A stretch of 64,000 bases of DNA from Sphagnum compactum (lineage: Eukaryota). The position numbers and the translations under genes were made by a program. Numbering within the stretch: position 1 is the first letter of the stretch; every line of letters starts with the position of its first letter. The notes beneath the pieces are model-generated. The model was not told the DNA's origin and made no database searches. It was given only the letters and a program-made list of their open reading frames with translations. This document shows positions 12,969 to 27,000 of the stretch, in pieces. The DNA lies in NCBI GenBank assembly GCA_965153455.1, contig OZ234493.1, positions 1,488,001 to 1,552,000 of the forward strand, in the 5' to 3' direction.

Positions 12969-15901
12969 TTAATCTCTGGAAAGGTGTGCACTATTGATTT
13001 TGGAATATGCTTGAGAAGTATACCTGTACTTGTGGGAACATTCCAAGGGATATCTGAATCACATTCATGCAAGGAAACCTGTGATGTACATGTTAAGTCC
13101 CTTACCAACCAACAAGCAATGAAGTTTAGTCATCTGGGCTTGTTGCTACTGATTGAGCCTTTGTGAAGGAAAGTGGTCCTGCCTGACACAAAAGTGTGTA
13201 TCTCTTAGTTGAGAAGCAACCCATGTTGGTATAATGACATATACCAAAGTCATGAAAAAGCAACCTTATTGTGGTCCCCAAACCCCATCATTCGTTCCTT
13301 CAATATATTCATTTTAGTACCTTTGATGGCTGCAAAATCAGGGGAAAATGATAGTCCCATAATAATCCTAAATTTTCAGACTCACATTTAATTCACCCCA
13401 ACAAGGGTATTATTTATTGCCTTGTGGTGTCAATGAGATGTAGTTCTTCTTGGAATTTCGGTTTGCAGCCAAATTGGTGATCATCTTTAGGAAGATTTAC
13501 TCAAATTTGCCTATAAACTATCTATGAAGTACAAATCTTTAATTATCTTCCCATATTTTTGGCTACACAAAGAAAACCAAATATAGAAATTTGGTGATTT
13601 TCACTTATTGTTTCTCACTTCTGATAATTAAATACCTCCAAATTCACTCTGTATGTTTAAAATTTTAAAATTTCTCTTTTTGTCCAATTCCCAATGAAAG
13701 AAGGCCATTGAGATGCCAAGTTTCGAAGGGGAGGGAGTGTGGTCGGTTTGTGCATAGGGAATTTTCACATGAGAGATGACCATCGACACCATTAAAAATT
13801 CAAATTTTCATTTTGCAAATGAAAACACTCTACAAATGGGTTAAAGAAAAGAATTGATTTTTTTAATAAAAATTCCCCTTTAAATTGCTTGTACAAGGCT
13901 TTCAGTCACTACTCAGGGTGATGTTTTATTAAGATGCACAACGTACATGCTTTTAAGCCATCTTTTTCCAACCTTTGTGGTTGTGGAACTAGTTTCTAGT
14001 GTACACAGAAAAAGTTGTAATAACTCCATCCATGGTTAGTAGAAAAGTGGCATTGTATGTCTAAACAATATAGTTCCCAAGTGGAATGGGAACCATTGTT
14101 TTGACAACAAAAAGAAAGAGTTGTGCACCATAGATGTTATCAAATTCCATCCCATTTCCTGAAATTAAGTGAAGAGTTCCCAAATGTTACATGTACTTCT
14201 AATGTTCTACCAATTGCAAGGAATGTGGTTGAGAACATTTAGGAATCTGAATTTTACTTGCCAAAAGGCATGGGGAATTATGATATCACAGTTAATTTAA
14301 TAGTTCAATCTAGATGTGTTGCACTATGTGCAACACATATAAATTGTGCAACACAATACAAATTGATGTGTTACACTATGTTAAAATTAATGTTTTATCC
14401 CATGTTGTGCAAGTATATATGCTTTTAGATACATCTATCATTTCCGGATGCCTTTACAAAAAAATATGTACATGTCCCATTCAAGTAAGGGTATGCAAGG
14501 TTATATCCCGAAAGATACGACAAGATCAAATGATATATAGCAATGGTTGAATCCCAAGCATATATGAACATGTAAAAGACATTATATAAGCATGCTAGAT
14601 GAGATATGTATAAAGATAATACAATTTCCATATATTTAGGATCAAGTACACAATATTTTTAAACATGTTTATATGTGGTTGAAAGACCTAGCCACTCAAC
14701 ATTTGTGTCCTCATGTAATAGATAAATTCACTCCTACAAAACTTGTTCTATATGAAATATTGAGCAAGAACTTCTGTGACCCCAATCAATTAATAAATAT
14801 TGTTTCAATATGGATGATATTATTATCATATATTGAAAATAAAATAATTTTGATGTTTATGGATTTAAAATTAGATGTATATACACATGAAGGCTTAATA
14901 TTCCTACCTTCCGCTATTCAATTTATAACAAACTTTATCATGAACAATGTCTTGCATTAACATCTACATATTTAAAATTATACCCAAATATGTAGATTTG
15001 TTCCTTTTCATGTTCCCAAAGCTCTAACACATGAAGTTTTTAAATCACATTGTTTTTTAATTAAACCTATTCCGAAATCAACTAGAGAAGAACCATGATC
15101 AAGATTCATATAAAGAAAAAGTAAATTATACCATAAAAAATTGGGTGCAATGAATAAAATCAAAATTGATATTCCGTTAAGCTTGTCAAGTGATATTGGT
15201 GGTAACCCCCTTTTTTGGACAATAGTGAAAATTCACAAGACTCAAGACATGATCTTTTAACTCCTTGCAACAACCATGTTAACAAGCCAAGATCTTTGAG
15301 ATGCTAAGAAGAGATTATGTGTGTCAGGGGACCCCTTTGATCAACTACATAAAGTATACAAAGAGAGTGTTTCTAACATAAATTGAACCAAAACTCGTTT
15401 CAAGATTAATCATGGATTCACATGAACTCACGGCTTGGATCCTTATAAGAAGAATTCCTTCCCTTTCATGACATAGTTTGTAGTCCACTCCAAGATGTGC
15501 AATTAAGAATGACTTATATACCAAACTTAGTTCGGGGAGCATGAATCAAATGTACTATGGCAAAGGTGAAATGTTGGACTTGATCCTTCCCATGGGGCTT
15601 GGAGGACCAAGAATCCTAGATCCAAAATGTTGAGCTCACACTTCAAAACTTTTGTCAAAGGATTCTATCTAGGCAACAAACCATGGAAAAAAGGTAGTAA
15701 AATGGAGCTTTTCCAATTGCATAATGTTAAGGTTGGTTAACCTTTTTGCCAAAGGATTATGTGATTTCTATTTTCAAGAAGTTCTTTATATACAAGTATG
15801 GAATTCCATTCAATGGGCAAGGGCAAACGTCCATGTTATATTTGTTATATTATTAATGTGATTCATGTTAATTATAATGGGAAGTGGATGAATTGTGTGG
15901 A

Positions 15902-16200
15902 CATAGTAGAGTTATTTGTAAAATCACCCTATCTTCAAAAAATTTTGGGGCCCCTTTTCACCCCCTTTCACCCCCTATCTTCTCTTTCAATGGTATCTGC
16001 AAAGTAATGAAATTTTATTAAATCTCAGTATGAAATGTTGAAACTTAACATTTAATGCACAAGGTTCAAGAGTAATACTAGTTGTATAGGTAAGAGTAGA
16101 GAAAATATATGTAGTAGTAGTGGAGGCACTCAAGAAAAAGGACATGATGGAACTTAGTTTACCACCAAAATTGATGGTTTTTTGAGTTTCACCCCCATAA
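15902..16200 (-). mobile_element. Partial MITE copy, inverted relative to 35330-35714
   Basis: Reverse complement of about 35455-35719; includes the terminal motif tagagttatttgtaaaatcac. Confidence 0.7.
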
Positions 16201-17144
16201 CTCTGGTCTATCAAAACTAGAATTGAAAATTATCGAGTATATAAAGTAGAGAGGCTGATCATAATACATTTAAAAACTCAGATGAACCATGTGATAGAAT
16301 TAGACCTTGGTTGCTTCTGGGGCCCAAAGATGGATTGTAAAGAGATCATCACGCATTTATTGCCTTTTAAATTGCTTGATTTGGTGCACATATGTAAAAC
16401 ATATGGCTTTTGGTAACTTTCAGCCTCATTGCCTCATAACCAATTTTTACCAAATAGCTTTTAGACCTGTCTTCAACTAATGCAAACCCGATAAACACAC
16501 ATACAACATCTAACACATGTCAAATATCCATGCCATCACCAAACATTTTCATCTTCAGACCAATTAGCATCCTTTAAAAAGGACGTACACCTTTATTCAA
16601 TGGTTAAGATTAACACTCAAAATAGGGTAACAAATTATTTAGTGATTGATACCCTATTTGTTTACTAAACCCTAAAACTTGATCGGTATTTCGTGCAACG
16701 TCGTTCCTAAACCTTTTCCCTTGAGCCTCTCCTCTCTCCTCTCATTCTTTTTCGTTGCATGCTTCCATTCTTATTCAAGTTCGTTTATTTTTTATCCCTC
16801 TCATCTCTTGCTTCCATCGCTCTTCAAATGAAAGGAAAAGTCCATTCGGCTCCTTTCTCTCCCTTTCGTTTCCTACTTCCATTGTTCTCTAGGCAGGAGG
16901 AAAATTCAGGTCTCCTCTCTTTCCATGTCATCTCTTGCTTTTGTTGTTGTTTAGGTGGGAGGAAAATCTCGTTCGACTCTTCTCTTTTGGTTTCTTTTAC
17001 TCTTGGACACGTGCTCAGAACATGTTTGTCTCTCAAATTATGTGAAATTTTGTTCTAACTCTAGGTTTTATGAAGATTATAACTAACATTAAATGTATTG
17101 TTGTTGCAAGTGCTGGCACATTTTGTGGTCTTTTGTGTTGGATT

Positions 17145-17600
17145 GAAATTCTTGGTGTCGTTCCTGGTGAATCAACCCCCCGCTTCTTTATTTGTTGTGT
17201 TGATAATGGTATTTTTCCTGGTGGTCTTGAGCTTCTTGGTGGTCTTCTTATGTTTTTCAACCTCCCTTCGTGCTGTTCATTCCCTTGGTGTCTCTTCTAG
17301 TGGATCAAACCCCCTCTTCCCTTTTTTGTTGTGTTGTTGATGGTCTTCTTCTTGGTGGTCTTGAGTTTTTTCATGTTCTTAAGCCTCCCTTGGTGTTGTT
17401 CCTTTCCTTTGGTGCTACTTCTGGTGAATCGAATCCCCCCTTCCTTTTTTGTTGTGTTGATGATGGTCTTGTTCTTAGTGGTTTTTGGCCTTCCTTGTGT
17501 TCTTCCTCATGTCCTTGAACCTCCTTTGGTGCCGCTCCTTCCCCTTCATGCCGCTCCTAGTGAATTGAACCCCCCCCCCCCCCTTTGTTGTTTAATCATG
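17145..17600. repeat. Degenerate tandem repeat, about 4 units of 120-135 bp
   Basis: Recurring ttggtg..cct(g/a)gtgaatcaaccccc..ttttgttgtgttgat at about 17152, 17285, 17409 and 17527. Confidence 0.75.
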
Positions 17601-19248
17601 CCTTTGCTACATGTTGTTCACAAAGCAATAATAGTTGGACCAATTGTTTCATTGTAACAAACTATGCACCTCATAACTTGAGCATTGATAAGATTTACAG
17701 GTTTGCCATCATTCACACAAAAAAAGGCCCAAGCAGGGGCATTACAACTCCAAGGCTTCCAAAACTTAACTTGTTTTTGTAACGCTTTTAGGATTTCTCC
17801 TATAGCTTGTGCCCCCTTAATCGCTAGACACTTAAGATCACTAGATGTGCTTTCGCATGATGAGGTTGGTGCACCGAATGTAACAAGCTTTTGATTTGCG
17901 TGTGATGAACTTCATGCCCTTACCAAAATGATTTTGCTTTCAATATCTTGAAGATTTACAACATGGTTTTCAAAAGCTACATCAAATGTCATAAAAAGGT
18001 CAAATTAGCACCCTTGGTCATTGAGCTCCATTTCAAGAGATATTGGGACATTGTTGGTTGGGCATAAACCTTAAAACTCCTAGAACTTAGAAGATTTTAT
18101 ATTCTACCTTTTTCATTATGAACAATGAAGTACAAACTACAAAGTGCATTAAATCTTTGGAAGTTGGAGAACAAAACTCAAACTCAAAGCTTATGATACT
18201 CAAAGCTTCATACAAAATTGAAACCTAACCAAAAAAATGTGGATCAATAATTTCATACTTGCTAATTAATGTCACCATTGCCACCTCTTTTGAAACTACA
18301 ACATCAAATTACAACCTTCATGTGTCGCCAAAAAACCAAAACGTCAAAACCTCCTGCCACATCAAGAACTCAAAGAACCAAAGTTGTCTTCACAACCACT
18401 TTGGATCTAATGTTCAAAGTCCAAAAATTGTAATTTCTTGATGTCAATTCCTTACTTCATGAAGTTCTTTACTTCTAAAACCTTCGACGATTTTGTGAGG
18501 CCTTAATTTTTTCATGTTTTCACCCTTTTTGGTTAAGGGGGTATATACCCAGGTTGATGACTGGTGGATATTTGTTGCAATTTTAAAAATCCGCCCAAGA
18601 CTAGTATATACAGTGCAATTCATTATAACTCAATTGCAACTTTATTAAACCAACTCATTTTCAACTACTATGCAACTCCATTATAATTGTGCCCTTGATG
18701 TCATGTTGATATCATTGATCATCACCCATTTATTAAAATTTGACACGTGGCACAATATTAAAAAATCCACCTGGCATATTAATTATATTTTGGAATAAAT
18801 AAATAAATATAAATATCTATTTTAGTAGTTAGGTAGGTTGTATATAACTATAGATAGGTAGGTTGGTAGGTTTGAAAACTTACATACCTACGTATTGACC
18901 TAAAACCTACCTACCTACCTACCTACTTACCTACATAGGTAGATAAGTAGGTAGGAAAGCACAAGACTAAGTGAACTAAAAGAATAGCCATGAAATATTT
19001 TTTTAAATTTTATGTTTTGCTTTTGGGTTGAACTCTTTTGAATTCATCCCAAAATGGCATTTGTATTTTAATGTGATAACATTAAAAAAAAACCTTTTTA
19101 TATAGTTTGTAACGTGGGATTCGAAGACAAAGCATATGGGTTAAATCTTTTAGTTTTTTTTTAGTTGCAAATTAAATTGCAATTGATTTGCAACTATAAC
19201 ATATAAGTGCTCAGGGTAGGCTAGATCCAGAGGGAGGGTTCTATTTTT

Positions 19249-19730
19249 CTAGTGTCTAAACAAAACTCGAACCCGTCCTATTGGCACTTATGGGGCACTA
19301 AAAATTATCAAAAATGAAATAGAATTGAAAAAATTATGGCCCCCCAAAGTAGAGGGTGTCAAAAACTCAAAAAAACAAACCACCTAATGCTACAACATGC
19401 AGTTCCCGAACACTCTAAAAAATCCTTGTATGTTGCTATGTTACTATTAAAGTTCCAAGATCATTTTAGAACTTCAAGTGGCGCTCTTATAACACTTTAA
19501 ATCATTTAAAATGAATAAGAAATAAGAAAGTTACAAGGATCGAAAATATGAGGGGTCCAAAGAGAAAAAAAAAGGAAAAAAAAAGTGTTTTGTAAGTTGG
19601 AAAGCTTATCTCTTTTCTTGTTATTTTTTCATTACTTGTTTTCTTTTACACCAAACAAAGATGACTTCTAAAGCTTGAGGTAGCACTCCCATAACATTTT
19701 AAATCATTCAAAATGAAGCACATTTCATGA
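19249..19730 (-). mobile_element. Probable non-autonomous Helitron-like repeat fragment
   Basis: Minus-strand end ...gggttcgagttttgtttagacaCTAG, plus an internal duplicated module (19465-19520 and 19665-19720). Boundaries uncertain. Confidence 0.3.
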
Positions 19731-19827
19731 AGATATAAACAATTGATGAATATGTATATTTATTAAGTTATAAGTAGTTGTATTATAATCATAACATTGT
19801 TGAATACTAAGTACTTTAGTAGTGGTG

Positions 19828-20640
19828 CACTATTGGGTAAAACACACTACAAGGAGGTCAAAAACGTTGTCACATTATATTGTTTTCTAGGGGTGTCCAT
19901 GTTTGAACTTCAACCATGGTAATATTGGAGTATTTTTTTCAAATGTTTTGCATAATATGGTAGATTATAACACAAGGAATTTAATCACAATTAATTTTTT
20001 TTCCAACTTATATTGTGAGGTTCCAAAGTATATTTGTGGCAAAAAAAGTATGTCACTATGTACTAAAAAATGCAATATACTCAAAAAATGATCGAAATGA
20101 TTTTTAATCTTTATGAAATTTGTAGTTTCTATTAAACATTGTGATTTCATATGATTGAAATAAGTTTGTGAGCCATGTGAAAAGTATGATAATTATCATA
20201 TCACAAATGGTGTTTTGGGGGGTTATGACCACAAATATGTGGTAAATTAACATTTTGACAAACTATCACTTTCAAATGGAAAAGGACAAGATATGTGAGA
20301 TGGGTAATTTTTTTGAATTTCATTTCAAACATTTATTGGTTGATTAATTCAAACCCAAACCTAGTGCAATCCACAAACAAAAATAGGCTTTATTATACTA
20401 TATATACCATAAATATACTTAATATTCCTTGAATTTAAGTTTTTTTATTTCTTTTTTTAAGATAATATTAGATATCATTAACTTTGTGAAAATCAAAATA
20501 TCAAACCCAAAGACCAAAAGTGAAACCCAAAATTAAATGCAATATGTTTTGCAAAAATATATTTTACATACATGTCATGAAAGTGCCCAAAGTGGCCCCC
20601 TCGTAGTGTGTTTTCACCGTAGTGTGCTTTCACCCTAGTG
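19828..20640. mobile_element. CACTA-type non-autonomous element with reiterated terminal motifs
   Basis: Left: cactattgggtaaaaca-cactacaaggaggtca. Right: tggccccctcgtagtg-tgttttcaccgtagtg-tgctttcaccctagtg, which is its inverted complement. No matching 3-bp TSD was seen. Confidence 0.6.
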
Positions 20641-21397
20641 GCTATACTAATTATATCAATGGGAATCATAATCGAAACTAGTTTGCAAATGTATTCCATA
20701 ATGGGTGGTGCAAATGTGGACACATGGCATGATTGGTTGTATGTACATTGTACTTAGTTGCAACATAGTTGTTGCTTTAGTGGCACATTTACAACAATTC
20801 TAAAATAGTTATCACATGCAACTATAATGCAATTCTTAAAAAAGTCAAACATGGTTAATTACATATGTATGTATGATGTATATAAATTATTGTATAGAAG
20901 ACCCATTTTTAACATTTGCAATTATAATACAACTAACCAATTTTCTAACATGGTTAATTTATTAATACATTGTATTTTTAAGGGGATAATTACATTAGTT
21001 GTAATATTTAATAGATAATTGCGCAATAGTTGCATATGAGTTTTTTTTTAATTTTAGTTGTAATTTAATGTTATTTTGACGAACACAATTTCCCATAATG
21101 TAAATACCATAGGTGTAGGTAGCTTACTAAGTAGGTATAAACATAGACGTAGTAAATACCTATAAGGCCTAATAGATTATAACCTACATGTTACCTAAAT
21201 ACATGCAGTTATTAATAGGTACCTTCTACTTACCTAAGCTATATTACCTACAATTTACTTATTTATGTAAGTAGTGTAAAACATTCAAATTCATTTAGTG
21301 CAATATGTTGAAAAAACAATTCATGAAAATTGATTACAATATGTTGGTCCAAAATTGTGTTCATTATAATATGTTGTCCAAAAAAATCACCTTATTA

Positions 21398-21470
21398 GGT
21401 GGTGGTGCAATGGTTAAAACTTGACTCATTAATGTGGAGGTGAGGAGTTCAAATCCCTACACTTGCAACC
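21398..21470 (+). repeat. tRNA-derived (SINE-like) head with Pol III A and B boxes
   Basis: A box tggtgcaatgg (21403-21413) and B box agttcaaatcc (21446-21456). Related copies at 25072-25150(-), 29585-29645 and 30793-30850. No intact cloverleaf. Confidence 0.55.
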
Positions 21471-21954
21471 TAAGCTACCCTGGCTACTTAAGTGACCTAA
21501 TTAGGTAGCTTAGGTTGCAATTATTTACCACTTAACCTAGGGGGCTTGGCCTAGCCTAAGTGGCTTGGTTTAGCCTAGGTGGCTAAACTCAATGGCCTAG
21601 CCTAGGTGCAGGACATAAGGTTGGTAGGTAGATAAATAATGTTTTTTGGGATAATTAATTATTAGGTTTATTAATTAAGTAAGTAGGTAGGGTAGGTAAT
21701 TAATTAATTAATTAATATTTTCATGTAAATTTGGAATAATATATATACTTGGTCATTGCCCAAATTATATTATTACCACAATGGTTTAGTAAAAAGAAAC
21801 CTAGTAAAAAAACCAACCAAAAAGACTTAGTCAACGTGGTTGGGTCCAAAACAACTTGTTCAAAATGACATCTTGGTCAAGTTGGACATGGGAGCAAAAA
21901 AACCATATGGTTAAATTTTTGACCGAAATTCCCAATCAAATATGCCATGATTTC

Positions 21955-22096
21955 TTATAGTGTGTTTTCATATACAAATGATGAGACACCTATGTCAATG
22001 GTATGTTCCAGTGCCTACTGGCTTTCTCAACGAAATTGTCCCTCTTTCAACTACATCCATGGCCTCCTCCAATGCCTGGTTGCTCCATTGGCCTTT
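21955..22096 (-). pseudogene. Pogo/Tc1-mariner-type transposase N-terminal HTH (pipsqueak/CENP-B-like) fragment
   Basis: Manual translation gives KGQWSNQALEEAMDVVERGTISLRK/SRHWNIPLT*VSHHLY (one frameshift, one stop), which matches the HTH_psq pattern W...L..A+..V..G.+S+RKA.+.+.IP..T+..+L. Confidence 0.7.
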
Positions 22097-23189
22097 AGTG
22101 CTGATAGGATTGGATTTGTTACTCTTCATTGTTTTGTTACTTGTTTTTATGATCTAGAAGATGGCGGGACATTCTCCTTGGCTTGGTTGGGCTAATCATC
22201 CAATCCACTTCACCTCCTACAAGGTACATTCAACAACATCATGATTTAAAGCCCCCAAGCCTCAACCTCCAACAAGTTGGGGGTGTTTGGTCTAGCCTTA
22301 CAAGAGGTACAAACTTAAATCTTCTATATTTTGACCAACTCTGAAGAAATGTGAAAGATTAAGGTAAATGTGAAATGCATATGCAATCTAGTTGTTTGGA
22401 ACTTGTGATCAATGCATAGAATTCCTCAAAGTTTGACCATACTAAATTATGATCAGTTGTTTATGTGCAAGTAGTAGGTGTGTATAACAAACTACGACTT
22501 CTTAAAGCTTGAAAAAATCTACCGCTCTTATGGCTACCTATATTATACTTAGGTATTATAGAACTTTGTATCTAGTAATAGTACAAAAATTTCTTGAATT
22601 TTTAATTATAAAGTTCATTTATTGCATCCTTTTTTAGATGCCCCTTTACATCCACCCTTGAATCTTGGTTTTCTTTCTTTTCTTTGACAACATTAGGATT
22701 TGATTATTGATGATCATGCTTTTGTAGCCCCTCTTTGGCTAGCCTAGTGTGTGCAATTTTCTGATCTAGCTCTGAGGCTCTTCTTTGACCACTGTATATT
22801 GTAGAATTTGTTCTTGTTAATCTACTAGGACTTGTGTTTCTAATATAAAATTTTCTAATCCTTTTATGTTGTTTAGCTTTTGCTGATCTAACCCATATGC
22901 TCTCAAAACCTTGATGAATGACTTGAAACTAACTTTCTCACAAATTGGAAGCTTTGACATCCTATTTAAATTTTGCTTGTATCTTTGTAAGAATGAATTG
23001 TGTATGCAGACATGAAGATTTCCTTGTGAATTTGGTGGTTGTAGGTTTTGGTCAGAATGGGAAGTGCACACAATTGGGGGAAATTATAATGGCTTCCCCA
23101 ATTAATGTAAAGGATTTGAGTATCCCTTGGATTCATGTAAACCTTAATTCTTGTATATGGATAATTGTGTGTTATTTACCATGACTTGT

Positions 23190-23617
23190 AGACCCCATCA
23201 CTAAACTTCTCCTCTTTGTATTATCTAGTCCAATTGCTTATCACTAAGCTTTTATTTCCACACCAAACATGGGGCCCTTGTAGAACTGGCCCAATTTTTC
23301 CCTATAACTAAACATTGAAAATATTTTATATTTCCCCCTTTCCCTAATGAAATTTAACTAATCACCCATCACCAAACGGGTCCCTTGTAAACTTATTCAA
23401 ATTTTTCACAAACATGGCCACCAAAATCGCTAATATCAAACACTAAAACTTGATGGGCAGTCAACAATATGAAAAACTTAGAATAAAATTATTTTGAACC
23501 AAGCGTTTGGTGATAGATTAAAGGGCGAACACCCATAATAACTTTTTGTTTACACATAGGCCCATTGCCACACTAGATGGATGTTCGATGACCGGCCTAT
23601 GTTTGGTGATGGGCCTC
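23190..23617. mobile_element. MITE-like element with short TIRs
   Basis: Left agaccccatcactaaac versus right gtttggtgatgggcct (reverse complement aggcccatcaccaaac); internal copy at about 23365. Confidence 0.45.
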
Positions 23618-24038
23618 TTTACCTTAGTAATACATAAATTTTAAACAGGAAAAAAAATTATATTTTTTTTAATAAACAGTTAAATTTTTTAAAATCCTTT
23701 AATTGGCAATTCTTGACTAGTTATTTGAAAATTGAACCTTATGCATAATTGGCAATTATTATTCAAAAAATAACTAGGTAAGTCAACAGCTAGGGTATTA
23801 TTTTGGCATTGATATTGATAACCGATGAGTTTAAATTTGTAAGCCTTTTTTTATAACCTACCTAGTTGGTTATTGCTAAAAAGCAATAACAAGCCAACAT
23901 TGGTTATTATAGTCATACATTTCAAAGGACACCTTTTTTTGGCATATATGGACCAGTGGTATTTAAAATGGGGTTTATGATCTTATTCAAATACATTGAA
24001 GCAAAGAAGTTATCCAAGTAGAAAAGAAATTGATTGAT

Positions 24039-27000
24039 ATATTGAACACAACAACACATTTTCAAGTTTGCATTTTTTTCATGTGACGTCATGTGTCGGT
24101 TTATCATTTGATAATAAGGGATCTAAAGTTGCAATGTTTATTTAATAGTTACATATATTGTGTTTTATTACCAAGTCTCAAAATGAATTAAAGGTGTCAT
24201 CATGGTGACAACAATGTTTTTTGTGCTCATCATTTATTTTTCATTTGGCAAAATTTCGTCAAACAGTGAACTTTTTTTTACATTGGCAAAAATAATTAGT
24301 GTTCTTTTATTTTTTTATTCATAGAATTTTCTTAGAAAGTCTTCATTTTTTTTTAATTGCTAATTTTTTTCGTCAATTCCAACAAGTAACCAAAAATATA
24401 AAAGGATGTTAGATTTTTTTTTTCATATTTTTTTATCACCGAATATGGTTAAATGGTCTTATGGATGATCACCATTTTAACTACATCACAAAATTGAGAA
24501 AAACATTATGGGGTCCATCAACTACAACACATTGTGTACTTTTTAATTAAACCCAAAAATGACTATTATTTTTTTCAACTACATCTATATTTACTTAGTC
24601 ATATAAATCATTAACTTGTAGTGGCAAAAGGATATCACCATGACATCACTATTACAATTCATTATTTCTTTGATTGGGCTTTCTAATAAAAAAATACCCA
24701 AAAGGATAGGCATAAAGAAAACCACCTTATCAATGTGGACAAGTTGATTTGCACTGCCAGCATGATTGAGTAGTCAATTTGAACCTTGTCATTTTGACTA
24801 GCATTGTGCTTGACAAAATGGTTATCTATTTGACTATTGAACCATGGACCATTTGATTGGATCAAATTTATATTTAAATTAAAATCATTTTGAATTATTA
24901 TTTTAAAAATTAATAGGTAGGTAGGTAAGTAAATAGGTATTAAATAGGTCTAGATAGGTAATAAAAAAACATTTAGGTAGGTAGGTGTTAGCTCAGCCTA
25001 CTTAACCTAACTAACCTTACCAAACTACTTTAGTCTAACCTACCTACCCTAACCCTCCAAGCATGCACATAAGTTGCAAGTATAAAGAATTGAACTCCAA
25101 ACCTTCACAATGATAAACCAAGTCTTTACCAATAAACTACACCACCAAAGGTGATCACCTTTTGTCAAGTTTTTTGTCACATATTTATTTCACATCATTA
25201 AAGATAGTGGCTAAACTTAAGTGACAACTAGTGATTAAAATTAGGCTAAACATAATGGTTACATATTGGCTAAACCTAGGTGACAATTAGTGACTAAAAT
25301 CAAGCTAAACATAATCGTTGAACATAATGAGTACACATTAACTAAACCTAATGATTAAATGTAATGGTTAAACTTAGTTGATAAACTTAATGATTGAACT
25401 TCATGGCTAAGCTTTAGTTAAACCTAATGGCTAAATATAATAGTTAAATATAATGATTAAACTTTGGCTAAATCTAATGGCTAAACACAATGACTAAACC
25501 TAGTTCATAAACTTAATGGTTAAATTTTATGGTTAAACTTTGGTTAAACCTAATTGACAAACCTAATGGTTAAGCTTTATGGTTAAACTTTGGCTAAACT
25601 TTGGCTAAACCTAACATTGAATAAATGTAATGGTTAAACTTAATGGCTAAACTTTGATTAAACTTTGGCTAAACCTAATGGTTAAATTTAATAACTAAAC
25701 ATAATGACAAAATTTTGGCTAAATTTCTAATGGCTATACCAAGTTGATAAATTTAATGGCTAAACTTCATTGCTAAACTTTGTCTAAACATAGTGGCTAA
25801 ATCTAATGGTTAAACATCATGGCTAATCTTAGTTATTAACATAATGGATAAATTTCATTACTAACTTTGGCTAACATTAATGGGTAAATCTAGCATAATG
25901 ACGAAACTTTGGTTCAACCTAGTGATTAAACATAATGGTAAAACCAAATTGATAAATCTATTGGCTATACTTTATGGTTAAACTTTGGCTAAATCTAGTG
26001 GCTAAACATAGTGATTAAACCTTAGTTAAATCTAATGGTTAAACATAATGATTAAACTTTGGCTAAACATAATGCTTAAACTTAACGGTTAAACATACTA
26101 ATTAAAAATTGGTTAAATGTAGTGGTTAAATTTAAGCTAAATTTAGTAGGTAAACATAATGGTCATATTTAGGTTAAACTTAATGGGTAAACCTAATGAT
26201 TAAATATAATGGTTAAACTTAATTTATACATAGTGGCTATACCTAGTGGCCAAATATAATGGTTCAACTTAAGCTAAACCTAATGGTTAAACATAATGAC
26301 TAAACCTAATGGTTAAATTTAAGTTAAACCTAAGGGCTAAAATTTAGTTAAAATTTGGGACTTGGGTAAATTTAATGGTTAAACATAGTGGCTAAACCTA
26401 ATGGCTACACTTAGTGGCTAAAATTAGGTAGGTAGGTGGGTAGGTGTTGGGCCAAAGTTAACTTAACTCAATTTTGATTAGGAAGTATAGGGCATCTAAA
26501 GAAGTTTTGGGGTTAACCAAAAAGTTTGAAGGTGTTAGGATAGTACCTTGACCTTATCTTTGTTATACTAAATGGGTGGGTGGCCTGGTTAAATTAAGGA
26601 AGGGGGTAGATGGGCTAAATTAGGATAAGAATGGATGTCTTATCCTAATCAAGCTAGGGAAAACTTGCTGGATAAGGTGGTCCGGATAAAAAGGTGGGGT
26701 GTGAATTTCCTAAAAACTTGCAGCAATTAGGGTTAGGTAAGGGAGTAAGGATGGCGCCTTTATGGGGGCTGAAAGTTGTTGCTGAGTTTTTTTCTTTTCT
26801 TAAATGTGTGGAACACAAAGGAGGGTGGGAGTGAAGGAATGATGATGATGTGGGGAAGAAAGGAAGCTGGGTTATCATGAAAAAATAAGTTCCTCAAGAT
26901 GCAATATAGTCAACACATGCCCTGGGAGGTGGAGGTAAGATCCTCAAACGGTGGGGCGGCAACTGCCCAAGAAGAGGAGCTCACTATGTATGATGATTAG

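Noticed and set aside
13003-13010. Second P1BS-like GAATATGC
   Set aside because: About 1.9 kb from the candidate TATA, next to a TE, and expected by chance at this density.
14300-15700. Possible decayed coding region
   Set aside because: No recognisable domain in any frame I could read.
17070-17657. Hydrophobic ORFs resembling membrane proteins
   Set aside because: Artefact of the T-rich tandem repeat.
25205-26425. Telomere array or CRISPR array
   Set aside because: Units are 11-13 bp and not TTTAGGG; there are no unique spacers and no cas genes in this eukaryotic context.
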